From the NCBI RefSeq assembly GCF_001194135.2, contig NC_068985.1, positions 31,551,558 to 31,615,557 of the forward strand: 64,000 bases of DNA, read 5' to 3'. Positions 53,166 through 64,000 of this stretch are shown here, piece after piece. Below the pieces are notes generated by a model, which was not told the origin of the DNA, did no database searches, and was given only the letters and a program-made list of their open reading frames with translations. Origin of the DNA: Octopus bimaculoides. Lineage: Eukaryota. Numbering within the stretch: the stretch's first letter is position 1; each line of letters begins with the position of its first letter. Made by a program: the position numbers and the translations under genes.

Positions 53166-54650
53166 AGAATTCATTTGCCCCAAAATTAATATGATACTGC
53201 CTAACAAATAAAAACTATGAAATCATCCATAATAGCATTTAACCTTTTTGATACCAAATTATCTCAGATTACTCAAAGTCCTATCATACAAAACTCTCAC
53301 TTTTAAAGGGCTTGTATTTAAATTAAAACACTCCCTTATATTTTTGTGTAAAAATCCTTTAAGATATGTTAATTGTTTCTATTGACATTTAAGATAATCA
53401 AGAACTGGAAGGGATTTAATAAAATAAGCAACTTTTGCATTATGAAGATTTTGGAACATAACTTAAAATATTCTTACATAAAATTCTAAGGGAATGTACT
53501 CAAGAAATATAAACATGAATGAGTTAATAGTGTTTCTTAACCCTAACCCTAAAGAAGCTGGGTGATTCATTTTCCTATTAAAATCCAACAGTGAGGCTAA
53601 AAAATCAACCTTTCTCTATAACTTGGAATGTTAATGGTATTTATTTCAGTAGTATCATAAATTTCAAGGAGTATTTTGAGATTTAAAGAAATTGAAAGGG
53701 AGTACTCATTAGTATCATTCTGTCTTTAATAAAACATGTTAGCTGTATATTTTAAAGTATCACAAAAGACTAGGGTCATTTTAAACTATATAAACTGTGG
53801 CAATGTAAAATACTGGTTTCAAATTTTTGCACAAAGCCAGTAATTTCAAGGGAAGGAGTAAATTGAAAACATTGACTCAAGTGCTCAACTGGTACTTATT
53901 TTATTAACACCAAAAAGGATGAAAAACAAATTTGATCTCAGCAGAATTTGAGCTCAGAATGTAAAGACAGACGAAATGCCAAGAAGCATGCTTGAAGAGA
54001 AGGAAGACTGAATATTGATGTAGCAGTTGAAAGTTACAGAATATTCATCTGGTATGTCTTTTGAAATATGTGTAGAGTGTAACTATCTATTCCATTCCTT
54101 TCACCCACAGATTGCATAACCAGCAACTTTCATTGGTATATGCTGGAGTTGCATAGTTGTGGTCATCTTATTGGAATTTCTATCTAATTCAATATGGGAT
54201 GAGTGTATTGGATACACTAATTAATAAACTTCATTGATCAATTATCATTTACTTTGTGTTATCTATAAAGCCTTGTCTATGCTTGAGGCTAATCGACTGT
54301 CTGTTCCATGGCCATTTTGGATCTCACTAATTTATTATATATATATATATAAATGTATATATACATATACAGTTATTCACTCTGTGAAGATTATAACATA
54401 CAAATTTGATATACATGCCTTGGATTGGTAAAGTGCTCTTTTAATAATTGATCAAAGTATAACTAATTCATTGGTTAATCAAAAAGTACAACCTTTACAC
54501 TGTAATTTGAAAACTCTGCTAGCCAGATTTCTGCATGAAGTGCTGCTGAGGGGGAACACCAGGATTTTACCTGTCCCTTCAATTTTATATTTAAAAATTG
54601 TCACTTCAAATCAGAGAATAAATATCATTATGATATATATTATATTATTT

Positions 54651-54901
54651 ACATTATTTACATTTGACGGATATTTGTCCTCATCTTGTTTGTTGTTAAC
54701 ACAATGTTTCGGCTGATATACCCTCCAGCCTTCGTCAGGTGTCTTGGGGAAATTTCGAACCTGGGTTCTCATTCCTAACGATGTTACTATTATTATTATA
54801 TTATTATTATTATTATTATTATTACTATTATTAATCAGGTTGCTGCCGTGAATCGAACTCGGAACCTTGGGGTTAGTAGCCCGCGCTCTTAACCACTACG
54901 C
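54651..54901 (-). mobile_element. tRNA-headed SINE-like element carrying a hammerhead motif (copy B)
   Basis: Minus strand GCGTAGTGGTTAAGAGCGCGGGCTACTAACCCCAAGGTTCCGAGTTCGATTC (A and B boxes), (AAT)n, hammerhead motif and the same tail as copy A. The 5' end runs into an N gap. Confidence 0.82.
54698..54743 (-). ncRNA. Minimal hammerhead motif with a stem III mutation
   Basis: GACAC-CTGACGA-A-GGCTG..CAGCC-GAAAC-ATT-GTGTT. The G>A change (CpG decay) breaks the AACGTT palindrome. Confidence 0.6.
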
Positions 54902-55658
54902 NNNNNNNNNNNNNNNNNNNNNNNNNNNNNNNNNNNNNNNNNNNNNNNNNNNNNNNNNNNNNNNNNNNNNNNNNNNNNNNNNNNNNNNNNNNNNNNNNNN
55001 NNNNNNNNNNNNNNNNNNNNNNNNNNNNNNNNNNNNNNNNNNNNNNNNNNNNNNNNNNNNNNNNNNNNNNNNNNNNNNNNNNNNNNNNNNNNNNNNNNNN
55101 NNNNNNNNNNNNNNNNNNNNNNNNNNNNNNNNNNNNNNNNNNNNNNNNNNNNNNNNNNNNNNNNNNNNNNNNNNNNNNNNNNNNNNNNNNNNNNNNNNNN
55201 NNNNNNNNNNNNNNNNNNNNNNNNNNNNNNNNNNNNNNNNNNNNNNNNNNNNNNNNNNNNNNNNNNNNNNNNNNNNNNNNNNNNNNATATATATATATAT
55301 ATATATAAAGGATCAAAGGTCCTTCCTAAGTCATAGGCTCATAGGACTGGTTTCCCAGATTATGTGGCAGACATATTTCCCCTTGGACAGGATGCCGGTT
55401 TTTTGCAGGCTTACTCACTTTGTCAGTGGACTGCAGCAATGTGAAACAAAGTGTTTTACTCGAGAACACAATGCATTGCCTGGTCCAGGAATCAATACCA
55501 CAAGCTTACAATTACAAGTGTAATACTCTAACCACTAATACCTTCACACACACACACACATTTATATAAAAAAAAAGGATAAGACCATTATTCAAAATAA
55601 CGATCAAATTAAGTGGCCAGCATGAGAAGAAAAACCTTATTGGTAAATAATTATTATT

Positions 55659-55816
55659 AAAATTACAATTGAGGTTATCCAAGATACCACCATGCTAGAG
55701 ATGGCAGCCAAATCCTAACTCCAAGACTACGTTAAGTACCTGATGTGGTTTTGGAGTCAGGCTTTGGCTGCCATCTCTAGCATGGTGGTATCTTGAATAG
55801 CCTCAATTATAATTTT
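55659..55816. repeat. Foldback hairpin, arms about 65 bp with a 33-bp perfect core
   Basis: CAAGATACCACCATGCTAGAGATGGCAGCCAAA pairs with TTTGGCTGCCATCTCTAGCATGGTGGTATCTTG. Confidence 0.85.
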
Positions 55817-55819
55817 ATA

Positions 55820-56185
55820 TATAAGCACCATTTGAGTATGGTTGATGCCAGTGCTGGCTGACTAGTCCCATGCTGGTGGCACGTAAAAAGCACCATTTGA
55901 GTGTGGTTGTTGCCAGTGCCACCTGACTGGCTCCTGTGCTGGTGGCACATAAAAAGCACCATTCAAGCATGGTTGATGCCAGTACCGCCTGACTGGCCCT
56001 CTTGCTGGTGGCATGTAAAAAGCACCCACTACACTCTCGGGGTGGTTGGCGTTAGGAAGGGCATCCAGCTGTAGAAACATTGCTAGATCAGATTGGAGCC
56101 TGGTGCAGCCTTCTGGCTTGCTAGCCCTCAGTCAAACTGTCCGACCCGTGCCAGCATGGAAAGCAGATGTTAAATGATGATGATG
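55820..56185 (+). mobile_element. RTE 3'UTR / RTE-tail repeat with an internal tandem unit of about 62 bp
   Basis: TGCTGGTGGCAC.TAAAAAGCACC x3, then GGCGTTAGGAAGGGCATCC...GTTAAATGATGATGATG. Confidence 0.75.
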
Positions 56186-57519
56186 ACACACACACACACA
56201 CGCACACACACACACACATATATATATATATACAGGGAGAGAGAGAGCATGATTGAGACAGAAAGAGATGAAATGAAAATTTGCAGATAAAAATATGATG
56301 TTGCACATGTTTCAATTTTGGTCTTTCAAGCATAGCATGATGTAAGTTTAAGAAGTAGTAGTGATGATGATGACAATGGTGACAAGGACAACGATGAGGA
56401 CAAAAATAATAATTTTGGCTGTGTTAAATACTTATTAACTGGCACTATTCAACTGAATATCCATTAAATATCAGGATTTCATCTGAATCCTATTATAATC
56501 ACCTTAAGAATATTTGAGATTATTTATGAATAGTTTTCTTTGGAATTCAGATATGCTATTATTATACTTATTCAGTGTTGGAAACAATTTCAGCCTTTGG
56601 ATTCTAAAAAGTGGGTGTATTTGTGTGTGTGTGTGTTTTACACATATATATATATATATATATTTATATATTATCCTTTGTTTGCCTTTCATTTATTTCA
56701 GTCCTTGGACTGTGGCCATGCTGGAGCACTGCCTTCATGGATTTAGTTGAACTCAGTACTTATTTTTAAGCCTGGTATTCTTTCAGTCTCATTTGCCAAA
56801 CTGCTAAATTATGGAGAGGTAAAGAAACCAATACCGGTTGCCATGTAGTGGTAGGTGACAGGCACACACACACCATCATCATCGTCATCATCATTTAATG
56901 TCCACCTTCCATGCTGGCATGGATTGGATGGTTTGACAAGAGCTGGCCAAGCAGAAGCCTGCACTATACTTCTGTGTCTGAGAAATTTCTTTCAGCTTCT
57001 TTCTACTAAATACTCTGAAGGCTTTGGTCGGCCTGAGATTATAGTAGAAGACACTTGTCCAAGTTGCCATGCAATGTGACTGAACCTGGAGCTATGTGGT
57101 TGAGAAGCAAACTTCTTACCACACCTGCATATATCTTATGCAACAAAACCTCCATAAACTAGAAACCCCTAAACAAGTATTATCCTTACTAAAACTAGAA
57201 TCCCTATGGAAGACGATCACAATATCACTGTATGATATATATACCATACCAATATATATATAACATGTGCTACATCATTGTATCAAACAGTCAGACTATC
57301 AGCTGATGCTATATACCTCTAGTTACAATGTGCTTCCTCACATTATTGTAGCTTTCAAATGATGCCACCCCACTGACTAGGCAAACAAGACAAACATTCT
57401 ATCTTGAATGGGACACCAATTTGTATTAGGATTTTCCGTTTACAGCTGAGTAGACTGGATGGAAGTAGTACCTAAATGGAAGAAATATTAAACTTCCCGA
57501 GGAAGTGAACAGGGATTAA

Positions 57520-58115
57520 TCTTCTCTCTTCGCTCCTTTGTGCCACATGGGCTCAACCCTCCTCCCCTCACCTCTCTCCTCCTCACCTTTCCTCTCTTGC
57601 TCTGACTCCTACTTCTTCTCGCCTAACCCACACCCCACCCTTGCTTTCCCCACTCTTGCCTCCCCCACCTCCCAACACCATCACATCACACTACACACCA
57701 CTACACCATACAACACATCACATCACTCCACCACTAGCACTGACCACTTCCCAGCCCCACATCTTTACACCTACACATACACACATGCACACGTCAAGGT
57801 CACCAGCCCTCTTCCACACGCACATACATACTCTCTTATACACACGCACACACACCTTCGTTTTAGGATCACCACTACTTTATTACCTCTCCTTCTTCCT
57901 AGCTCTCCTGTGTGACCCTTCTGTCCGGCATTCGCCATGAGAGATAGCTAGCCACTACACATTCTTTATTTTCTCTCCTTGTTTCTTTGTGTAAGAGCAT
58001 AGGCTCAAAGCGTTAAAGACTTTTTCACTCCCTGAGCATTAAACTAATACATCTGTTTGTTGTTGACACCACCTGCTTTCGTCTTTTGTTTTTTTTGTGA
58101 ATTCTCCCCCTATAA
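57520..58115 (+). mobile_element. Probable Penelope-like terminal-repeat remnant
   Basis: C/A-rich low-complexity tract followed by a hammerhead-like scaffold TCTTT..GAGC atag GCTC AAAGCGTT AAAGA (57984-58019) with a degenerate core. Confidence 0.35.
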
Positions 58116-58234
58116 ATATATATAAGGATATCTATTAAGCAACAAATTGTGCTGGTGCCATACAAAAAGCACTCATGCCAGCACACACTGTAAAGTCGTT
58201 GGCATTAAGAAAGGCATCCAGTCATAGAAACTTT

Positions 58235-59655
58235 TATATCCTTCTAAACATTGGATATACAAATTTCAAAATCAAAGAAAAATTAGTTAACATTTCACAC
58301 GACATACTTCAGATTACTCCACTAAACACCATACTCCAATAAATACAAACTCTCAATGATTCCTACAGTTGCTCTGTTTCAACCAATATATTACTTTTTA
58401 TAAGAGTTTGGCTAGTCAATTCTTCCAGTCCCACAGGGATGTCAATGACTCTCGCTACAACATCTTCCCCTTTGAGATTTACTTCCTTGGGAAGTTTAAT
58501 ATTTCTTCCATTTAGGCACTACTTCCATCCATTCTGTTTGTTTCCTCTTTCTTGTGCTGCTATGCCTAGGTTCAACTTCTTGTGGCGTTGGAACATCAAA
58601 GGTGTTGTAAAGCACTTCCATGAGTATCTCTTTTCTTTTTTCCGTATATCTGTTTGTTTAGCTGGTTTAAATGTCTTTTGTGTTCCCAACTTCTGCCTCT
58701 TATCATATATATCATTTTGCCTTTCCTTTTTGTAACTACTCCGTCTTCCCAACATTCTCTTCCATTTCTATATATTTTGAAAAACACCTTGTTACTGATA
58801 TTAAAATACTTAGTTGTATTTTTAGTGTTCCCTATTTTTTTTTCTTACTGGTAACAGCTTGTCAAAATTGACTTTTTTTTGAGTGAACATTAGTTCCACA
58901 GGCGATAATTTTCTTAAAAGTAGTCATACCTTTTCATTGTCCAATTTTTGCATTCCTCTTTGAAGATTTCTTCATATCTTTGGAAATACGCAGAAAAAGT
59001 AATACCTTCTCCTGGGTTGTAACTAAATTCTGAAATTGCATTTGCTACACTGTCTGTTGAGAACAAACCTGAAGTATTTTTGGACTTCAACATTAATTCC
59101 AGCAACTGTTGGTATTGTTGTTCAACTCTTGAGTACTGCTGTTCGACTCTTGAGTACTGTTGTTTGACTCTTGGGGACTGTTGTTTGTAATTACTGCTGA
59201 AACTGTTGTTGCTGTTGCAATTGCACCATGGAGGTTAATAAGCCTTCCATGTTAACTAATTTTTCTTTGATTTTGTATCAAAAGAAAATGTTAATGTCTG
59301 ATATAAGTTTCCAATAAACTCATTGCCACTACTATAAGTGGATATACTTGTTGCTACTTTTATAAATAGATATCCTCATTGCCGCTTTTGTCTCCTTCTG
59401 TACATTGGATATACAGATTTCACAAAGCAGAGATAGACACAACTGTCTTCACATGACATACTTCAAATTACTCCACTAAACACGATACTCCAATAAATAC
59501 AAACTCTCAATGATCTCAAGAGCTTCCTATGACTTTCATGAACTCTCAATAACTCCTGTAACTGCTCTGTCTCAACCAATATATTACTCATTATAAGAGT
59601 TTGGCTAGTCCATTTTTCCAATCCCACAGGGGTGTCAATGACTCTCACTGCAACA
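58235..59655 (-). mobile_element. Internally deleted Gypsy-type LTR retrotransposon
   Basis: Two LTRs (about 58235-58462 and about 59331-59655) begin TGTTG on the minus strand. PPT AAAGGGGAAGA abuts the 3' LTR and a decayed PBS TGGCAATGAG follows the 5' LTR. Gag fragment FSYNPGEGITFSAYFQRYEEIF and integrase tail RHSSTRKRKQ...PKWKKY* are present. Confidence 0.85.
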
Positions 59656-60074
59656 GAAGCCAAACTAAATCAGACTGAAACCTAGTGTAGCTCTTCTGCT
59701 TACCAGCTCTGGTCAACCTGTCCAACCTATGCTAGTATGGAAAATGGACATTAAAAGATGATGATGATTTAACAACTGAACGAGTTTAGCATTAAAAAAT
59801 TGTTTTGGGCATATTTTCTTAGTTACACACAAAAGAAAAATGTCAAGTAATTTAACTATCCTGAATGGGAAAATATATCTCAACTGTTTAACACTGACAA
59901 CCTGTGAAGAATCTAAGCATATAACATGATAGATGAGCTATGAGGTCCCTTTATGGTTGCTGAATTGCTTCAAATAGCAACCAAATCTCCTTCAAATCAC
60001 ATCCCATCTATATATGTGTGTATGTGGTGTGTGTGTGTGTGTGTGTGTGTTTGCATTGTATGATGATGATGATG

Positions 60075-60119
<45 letters not shown>

Positions 60120-60429
60120 CACCATTTAACATCTGTTTTCTTTGCTGGCATGGGTTGGATGGTCCAACATGATTTATGTCTTTCTCCAGTGTATTAGTTT
60201 TTATGGCTGGATGTCCTTCCTAACACTAACTGCTTTACAGAATGTACTGGGTACAATTTTTTTTATGGCACCAGCATTATAGAGGTTGCCCTGCTCTGAG
60301 CAAGACTAAAAAGGTTTCTCAAATCCAGCATTATCTCTGCTCAGTTTGCCAACTACTTTACAAAGTAAAGTGGATGCTTTTTCCATGCCAGCCATATTAT
60401 GGAAATCACCTTGTAACTCATTGGGTGAA

Positions 60430-60790
60430 AGAGAGAATAGGAGAGAGAAAGTGATAAGCGATGATTATAAATCAGTTGTTGAGAGAAGTTACAGGATGAC
60501 AGTGATGAGTATTGACTTCGGTTGAGTTATGGGAGGAAATTGCAGTATGCTGGGCAGAATGAATTTGATGTGAGCGGTTGGTCTTGGTTTTAAAGGAGAT
60601 TACGGCATAATGGAAGGAAGGAATTTATTGTTGTGAGGAGATGGTAATGACTAAATTTTAAAAAAATATGTAGAGGAGAATAAGGAGATGCCAAAGCATA
60701 TTCTCAAAGTAACTTGCTTACGAATGTGAATAAAAGTGTAATGATAGAAAACTCAAGGAGAGTGAATGAAGTTTACAAGAGTGTAATCCC
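60430..60790 (-). mobile_element. Probable CR1-type LINE 3' fragment
   Basis: The degenerate minus-strand sequence resembles the CR1 ORF2 C-terminus. A similar remnant lies at about 45430-45660 (+). Confidence 0.4.
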
Positions 60791-62414
60791 ACCTTTCCAT
60801 ATATATANNNNNNNNNNNNNNNNNNNNNNNNNNNNNNNNNNNNNNNNNNNNNNNNNNNNNNNNNNNNNNNNNNNNNNNNNNNNNNNNNNNNNNNNNNNNN
60901 NNNNNNNNNNNNNNNNNNNNNNNNNNNNNNNNNNNNNNNNNNNNNNNNNNNNNNNNNNNNNNNNNNNNNNNNNNNNNNNNNNNNNNNNNNNNNNNNNNNN
61001 NNNNNNNNNNNNNNNNNNNNNNNNNNNNNNNNNNNNNNNNNNNNNNNNNNNNNNNNNNNNNNNNNNNNNNNNNNNNNNNNNNNNNNNNNNNNNNNNNNNN
61101 NNNNNNNNNNNNNNNNNNNNNNNNNNNNNNACACACACACACATATAGAATATCATAAATAAAAAATTTCATATGAAGAAAACAAAGAACCTTATCCCAA
61201 CTATATATAGTGATACTATATATGTATAATGAATATTGCAACATTATAATAAAAAACAAACAAAAAGAAAACAATAATTATAATTATAGCAAGTAAATGC
61301 TTTGATTTCATGAACTATTTATATTTTATTGACAAATACACATATGCACTAGCATAAGGGAGCCTTTCTATTATTACCCAACCTGACAATGGTAGCCAAA
61401 TTCCCATTAAATCATCTAAGGTCTTGTGAAAGGAAGTGGAGAAACAAATAAACAAAAAAGCATACTTGATAATGTATTTCTTCATTCATCTTAAAAAATG
61501 TTATGGCTATTGCCAGAATTTCTTTTATTATAGGTCTATTCAATTATTGTAGACCTGGGGCTAAACAATAACAATTAGGATTAACCAAATGTTCAATAAA
61601 TATACCATGTGCCAGACAATAAACTTAACTATTACATATGGGTAGATTAAATGTAAGATTAAGATAAAATTTTGTAGATGAAAATAAATAAAAGCAATTT
61701 CAGTATCTTGCATTTTTGTTTACAAATTACTTTCTATATTTAATAATTATATGAAGTATAAAAAAATAATTTGTAAAAAATTATATGAAAGAAAATTAGA
61801 CAATATAAATTATTGCATACAATAAGCTCTTGACATTATACATTCAAAACCCTAAGAGAAAACAATGAAGAAAAATGATATGAACGCTTCAAAATCTAAG
61901 AGGAAAATTACCAAAATAAACATGTAACACTGTTCTGTTTGTTCTGAACATAAATATTATTCAGTTTTCTCAATAAGAAAAATAATAAAATACTCCTAAC
62001 TAAAAAAATTTAATCATGCATCATGATCTCACATAGTGTCAATATTTTGATGCCTAAATTTCTGTGATTAGTTATTATACTGATTAGCCTAGTGGATAAG
62101 AACATCTTTAGCCTGCATGAAGAATAAAAGAAAAGGGTTTGTGTGTTCAATCTCACCATGAGTACATGTATGTAAGAAAGTATAACATTGGTAATGAACG
62201 GAGATCAAAACCATAAGAAATGTAGCATTTTACAAAAGAAAATGGTTAACAGTCTGAAAATGTTTTCAATCATTATCAATATATTTGTTTTTTGATATAT
62301 CAAACTTTTAGGTATATAAAACTCACTTCCTGAAATGGTCAAGAAAATATTTAGTAGTAAATGTTCTAGCCATATGTTATGATGCTTATTCAGTATTTGT
62401 GCAATATATATGTT

Positions 62415-62635
62415 CTTTTTTTCAAGGTAAATAAAGCAAATGATAAGTCAGAAAAATAGCTTTGCTAAACATTATCATTATCATTGTTGTTATTTTTCTC
62501 TTGTGAGGGAGACTAGACAGGTTTAACAAATTATCTGCTAAATGAAAGCTTTTGTGGAAAAACTTATGTCCAATTAAACAAGTCATAGGAATAGTTAATG
62601 AGTAAGATAATATGACAAATAATACTTTCAAAGCA
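62415..62635. repeat. Diverged paralogous block (matches 23181-23405)
   Basis: See the 23181-23405 feature. Confidence 0.8.
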
Positions 62636-63664
62636 ATTTCTCATATATGGCAGTAAAATCAACACATATAGTTGATAAACTATGTTATGTCTGAAATGAT
62701 TACTACCTGTTGTAGAAAATATGTACTTATGTACATATACAAACATGTACGAGCATGCAAAATAATGTTATTTGCCCAGGTTTTCTCTATACAAATTATT
62801 TGAAGAAAAATTCTTAAATCTTACTGGTTAACCGTCTAGTGGTATTGAAGATACTGTGGAGACAGTGAACTTCCAGTATTCCAGTTGTTTTCATAATCCT
62901 CTGTGTGTGTGTGTGTGTGTGTGTGAAAGAGAGAGAGGGGGGGATAGAGACATGGCTTCTTGACATTAACTCTTCATTGATTGAAGAATTTAAACTCAAC
63001 ATTGTGAATTAACAAATTGAAAGCAATTCTTGTTAATTATACAATATTTTTGTTGTTAACTGCAGTAAACAGCTACAGGGGATACTGTAATAACAAACAG
63101 GTTGTCTTAACTTTTAATATAGTGCCTCGAGTGGATGAAAAATGTTGATGTTATGGTCTATTATCAATCAACTCTGCTGTGATACTCTACATGCAAAATA
63201 TACCTCTCTCATCAGCAATCTTTGAAATCATAGTAAACTAGGTAAAATTCTTCTTTTCTAAATTTTCAACTTAATAATTACAAAATAAATTCTATATGAT
63301 CTTGTAAAAAAGAAAACTATTAACTATAAATTTGGAAATATGTGAAACAATTATGCATCCATGTTATTTCCAAGTGAATTTCTTGTTATGTAAATAACTT
63401 CAACTGGAATTGAAAACAAGATTGTTGTTGTTTAGACCCAAGTTAGCCTTGAAAGTGCAAACCTATAATCAAAGGCATTTTAGTCTTAGCCAGTAGACTT
63501 TTTTTCTTTACAAGCATAGTCTATCCTTGACTACATTATCCAATGTGCCTTTTCATTTTGAAAATGGTAGGGTGTAATTTCAATGATATTTGACTGCTAG
63601 TTCTAGTAAGTCCATTGACTACATAGAAAGGCTTCCTTGTTTTGCTATAAACATAGAGATGCTC

Positions 63665-64000
63665 AAAATATCTGGCAGTGTTGGCTACAGCCTAGTCACC
63701 CGTATTACGAACCAGGTGATATACGAAGGAGTCATACCCAATGACTGGTGTAGCAGCATCATAGTCAACTGCTACAAAGGTAAAGGTGACGCTTTAGATA
63801 CAAATAATTACAGAGGCATCAAGCTGTTAGATCAGGTTATGAAAGTTACAGAGAGGGTCATAGCCCAACTAATTAGGGAGTGAATCAATTTAGATGAGAT
63901 GCAGTTTGGGTTCATGCCAGGTAAAAGCACCACTGATGCCATATTTCTAGTGAGACAGCTGCAGGAGAAATACCTAGCCAAGGATAAACCTCTGTACCTT
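63665..64000 (+). mobile_element. RTE-clade LINE, RT domain, running off the window edge
   Basis: IPNDWCSSIIVNCYKGKGDALDTNNYRGIKLLDQVMKVTERV...*INLDEMQFGFMPGKSTTDAIFLVRQLQEKYL, with an in-frame stop. Confidence 0.93.

Noticed and set aside
54841-54901. Possible tRNA gene (ACT anticodon-like loop)
   Set aside because: No acceptor stem. It continues into an (AAT)n spacer and shared tail, so it is a SINE head.
57538-57940. Pro/His/Thr-rich ORFs
   Set aside because: Low-complexity C/A-rich repeat sequence within a probable TE remnant.
28393-61274. Long ORFs in the track spanning N runs (28393-29103, 32610-33340, 44554-44925, 54867-55523, 60714-61274)
   Set aside because: Artefacts of gaps translated as X.
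1-64000. CRISPR arrays, rRNA, or prokaryotic/viral gene systems
   Set aside because: None seen. The sequence is metazoan intergenic and intronic DNA.

Overview
AT-rich, repeat-dense animal genomic DNA from a gapped draft assembly. The SINE, RTE and MITE repertoire points to a coleoid cephalopod, most likely Octopus (inference). There is one convincing protein-coding feature: an ORF in a single coding exon at 46770-47108 (+) encoding a 112-aa neuropeptide precursor. It has a signal peptide, a KR site and a 34-aa EPNWIWMPSHGYVPVP...ILRY-amide peptide, which I recognise as NKY (NKY-2 type). Most of the rest is transposon debris: RTE and CR1 LINE fragments, Penelope-like remnants, mariner/Tc1, hAT-Buster, Helitrons, piggyBac-like and Merlin-like MITEs, an internally deleted Gypsy element, many tRNA-derived SINEs and microsatellites. 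Main observations: (1) a tRNA-headed SINE-like element carrying a minimal type I hammerhead ribozyme with a palindromic stem III, in two inverted copies, plus a separate decayed Penelope hammerhead; (2) colinear, diverged AT-rich blocks suggesting the NKY locus lies in an old tandem array of about 15-20 kb units, which predicts lost or hidden paralogs; (3) a young 451-bp MITE with 92-bp TIRs and an 8-bp TSD whose empty-site paralog is in the same window; (4) a Helitron end fused to a hAT transposase fragment; (5) long foldback hairpins and an inverted-repeat element enclosing telomeric repeats. All alignments were made by eye, and TE boundaries are approximate unless motif coordinates are given.
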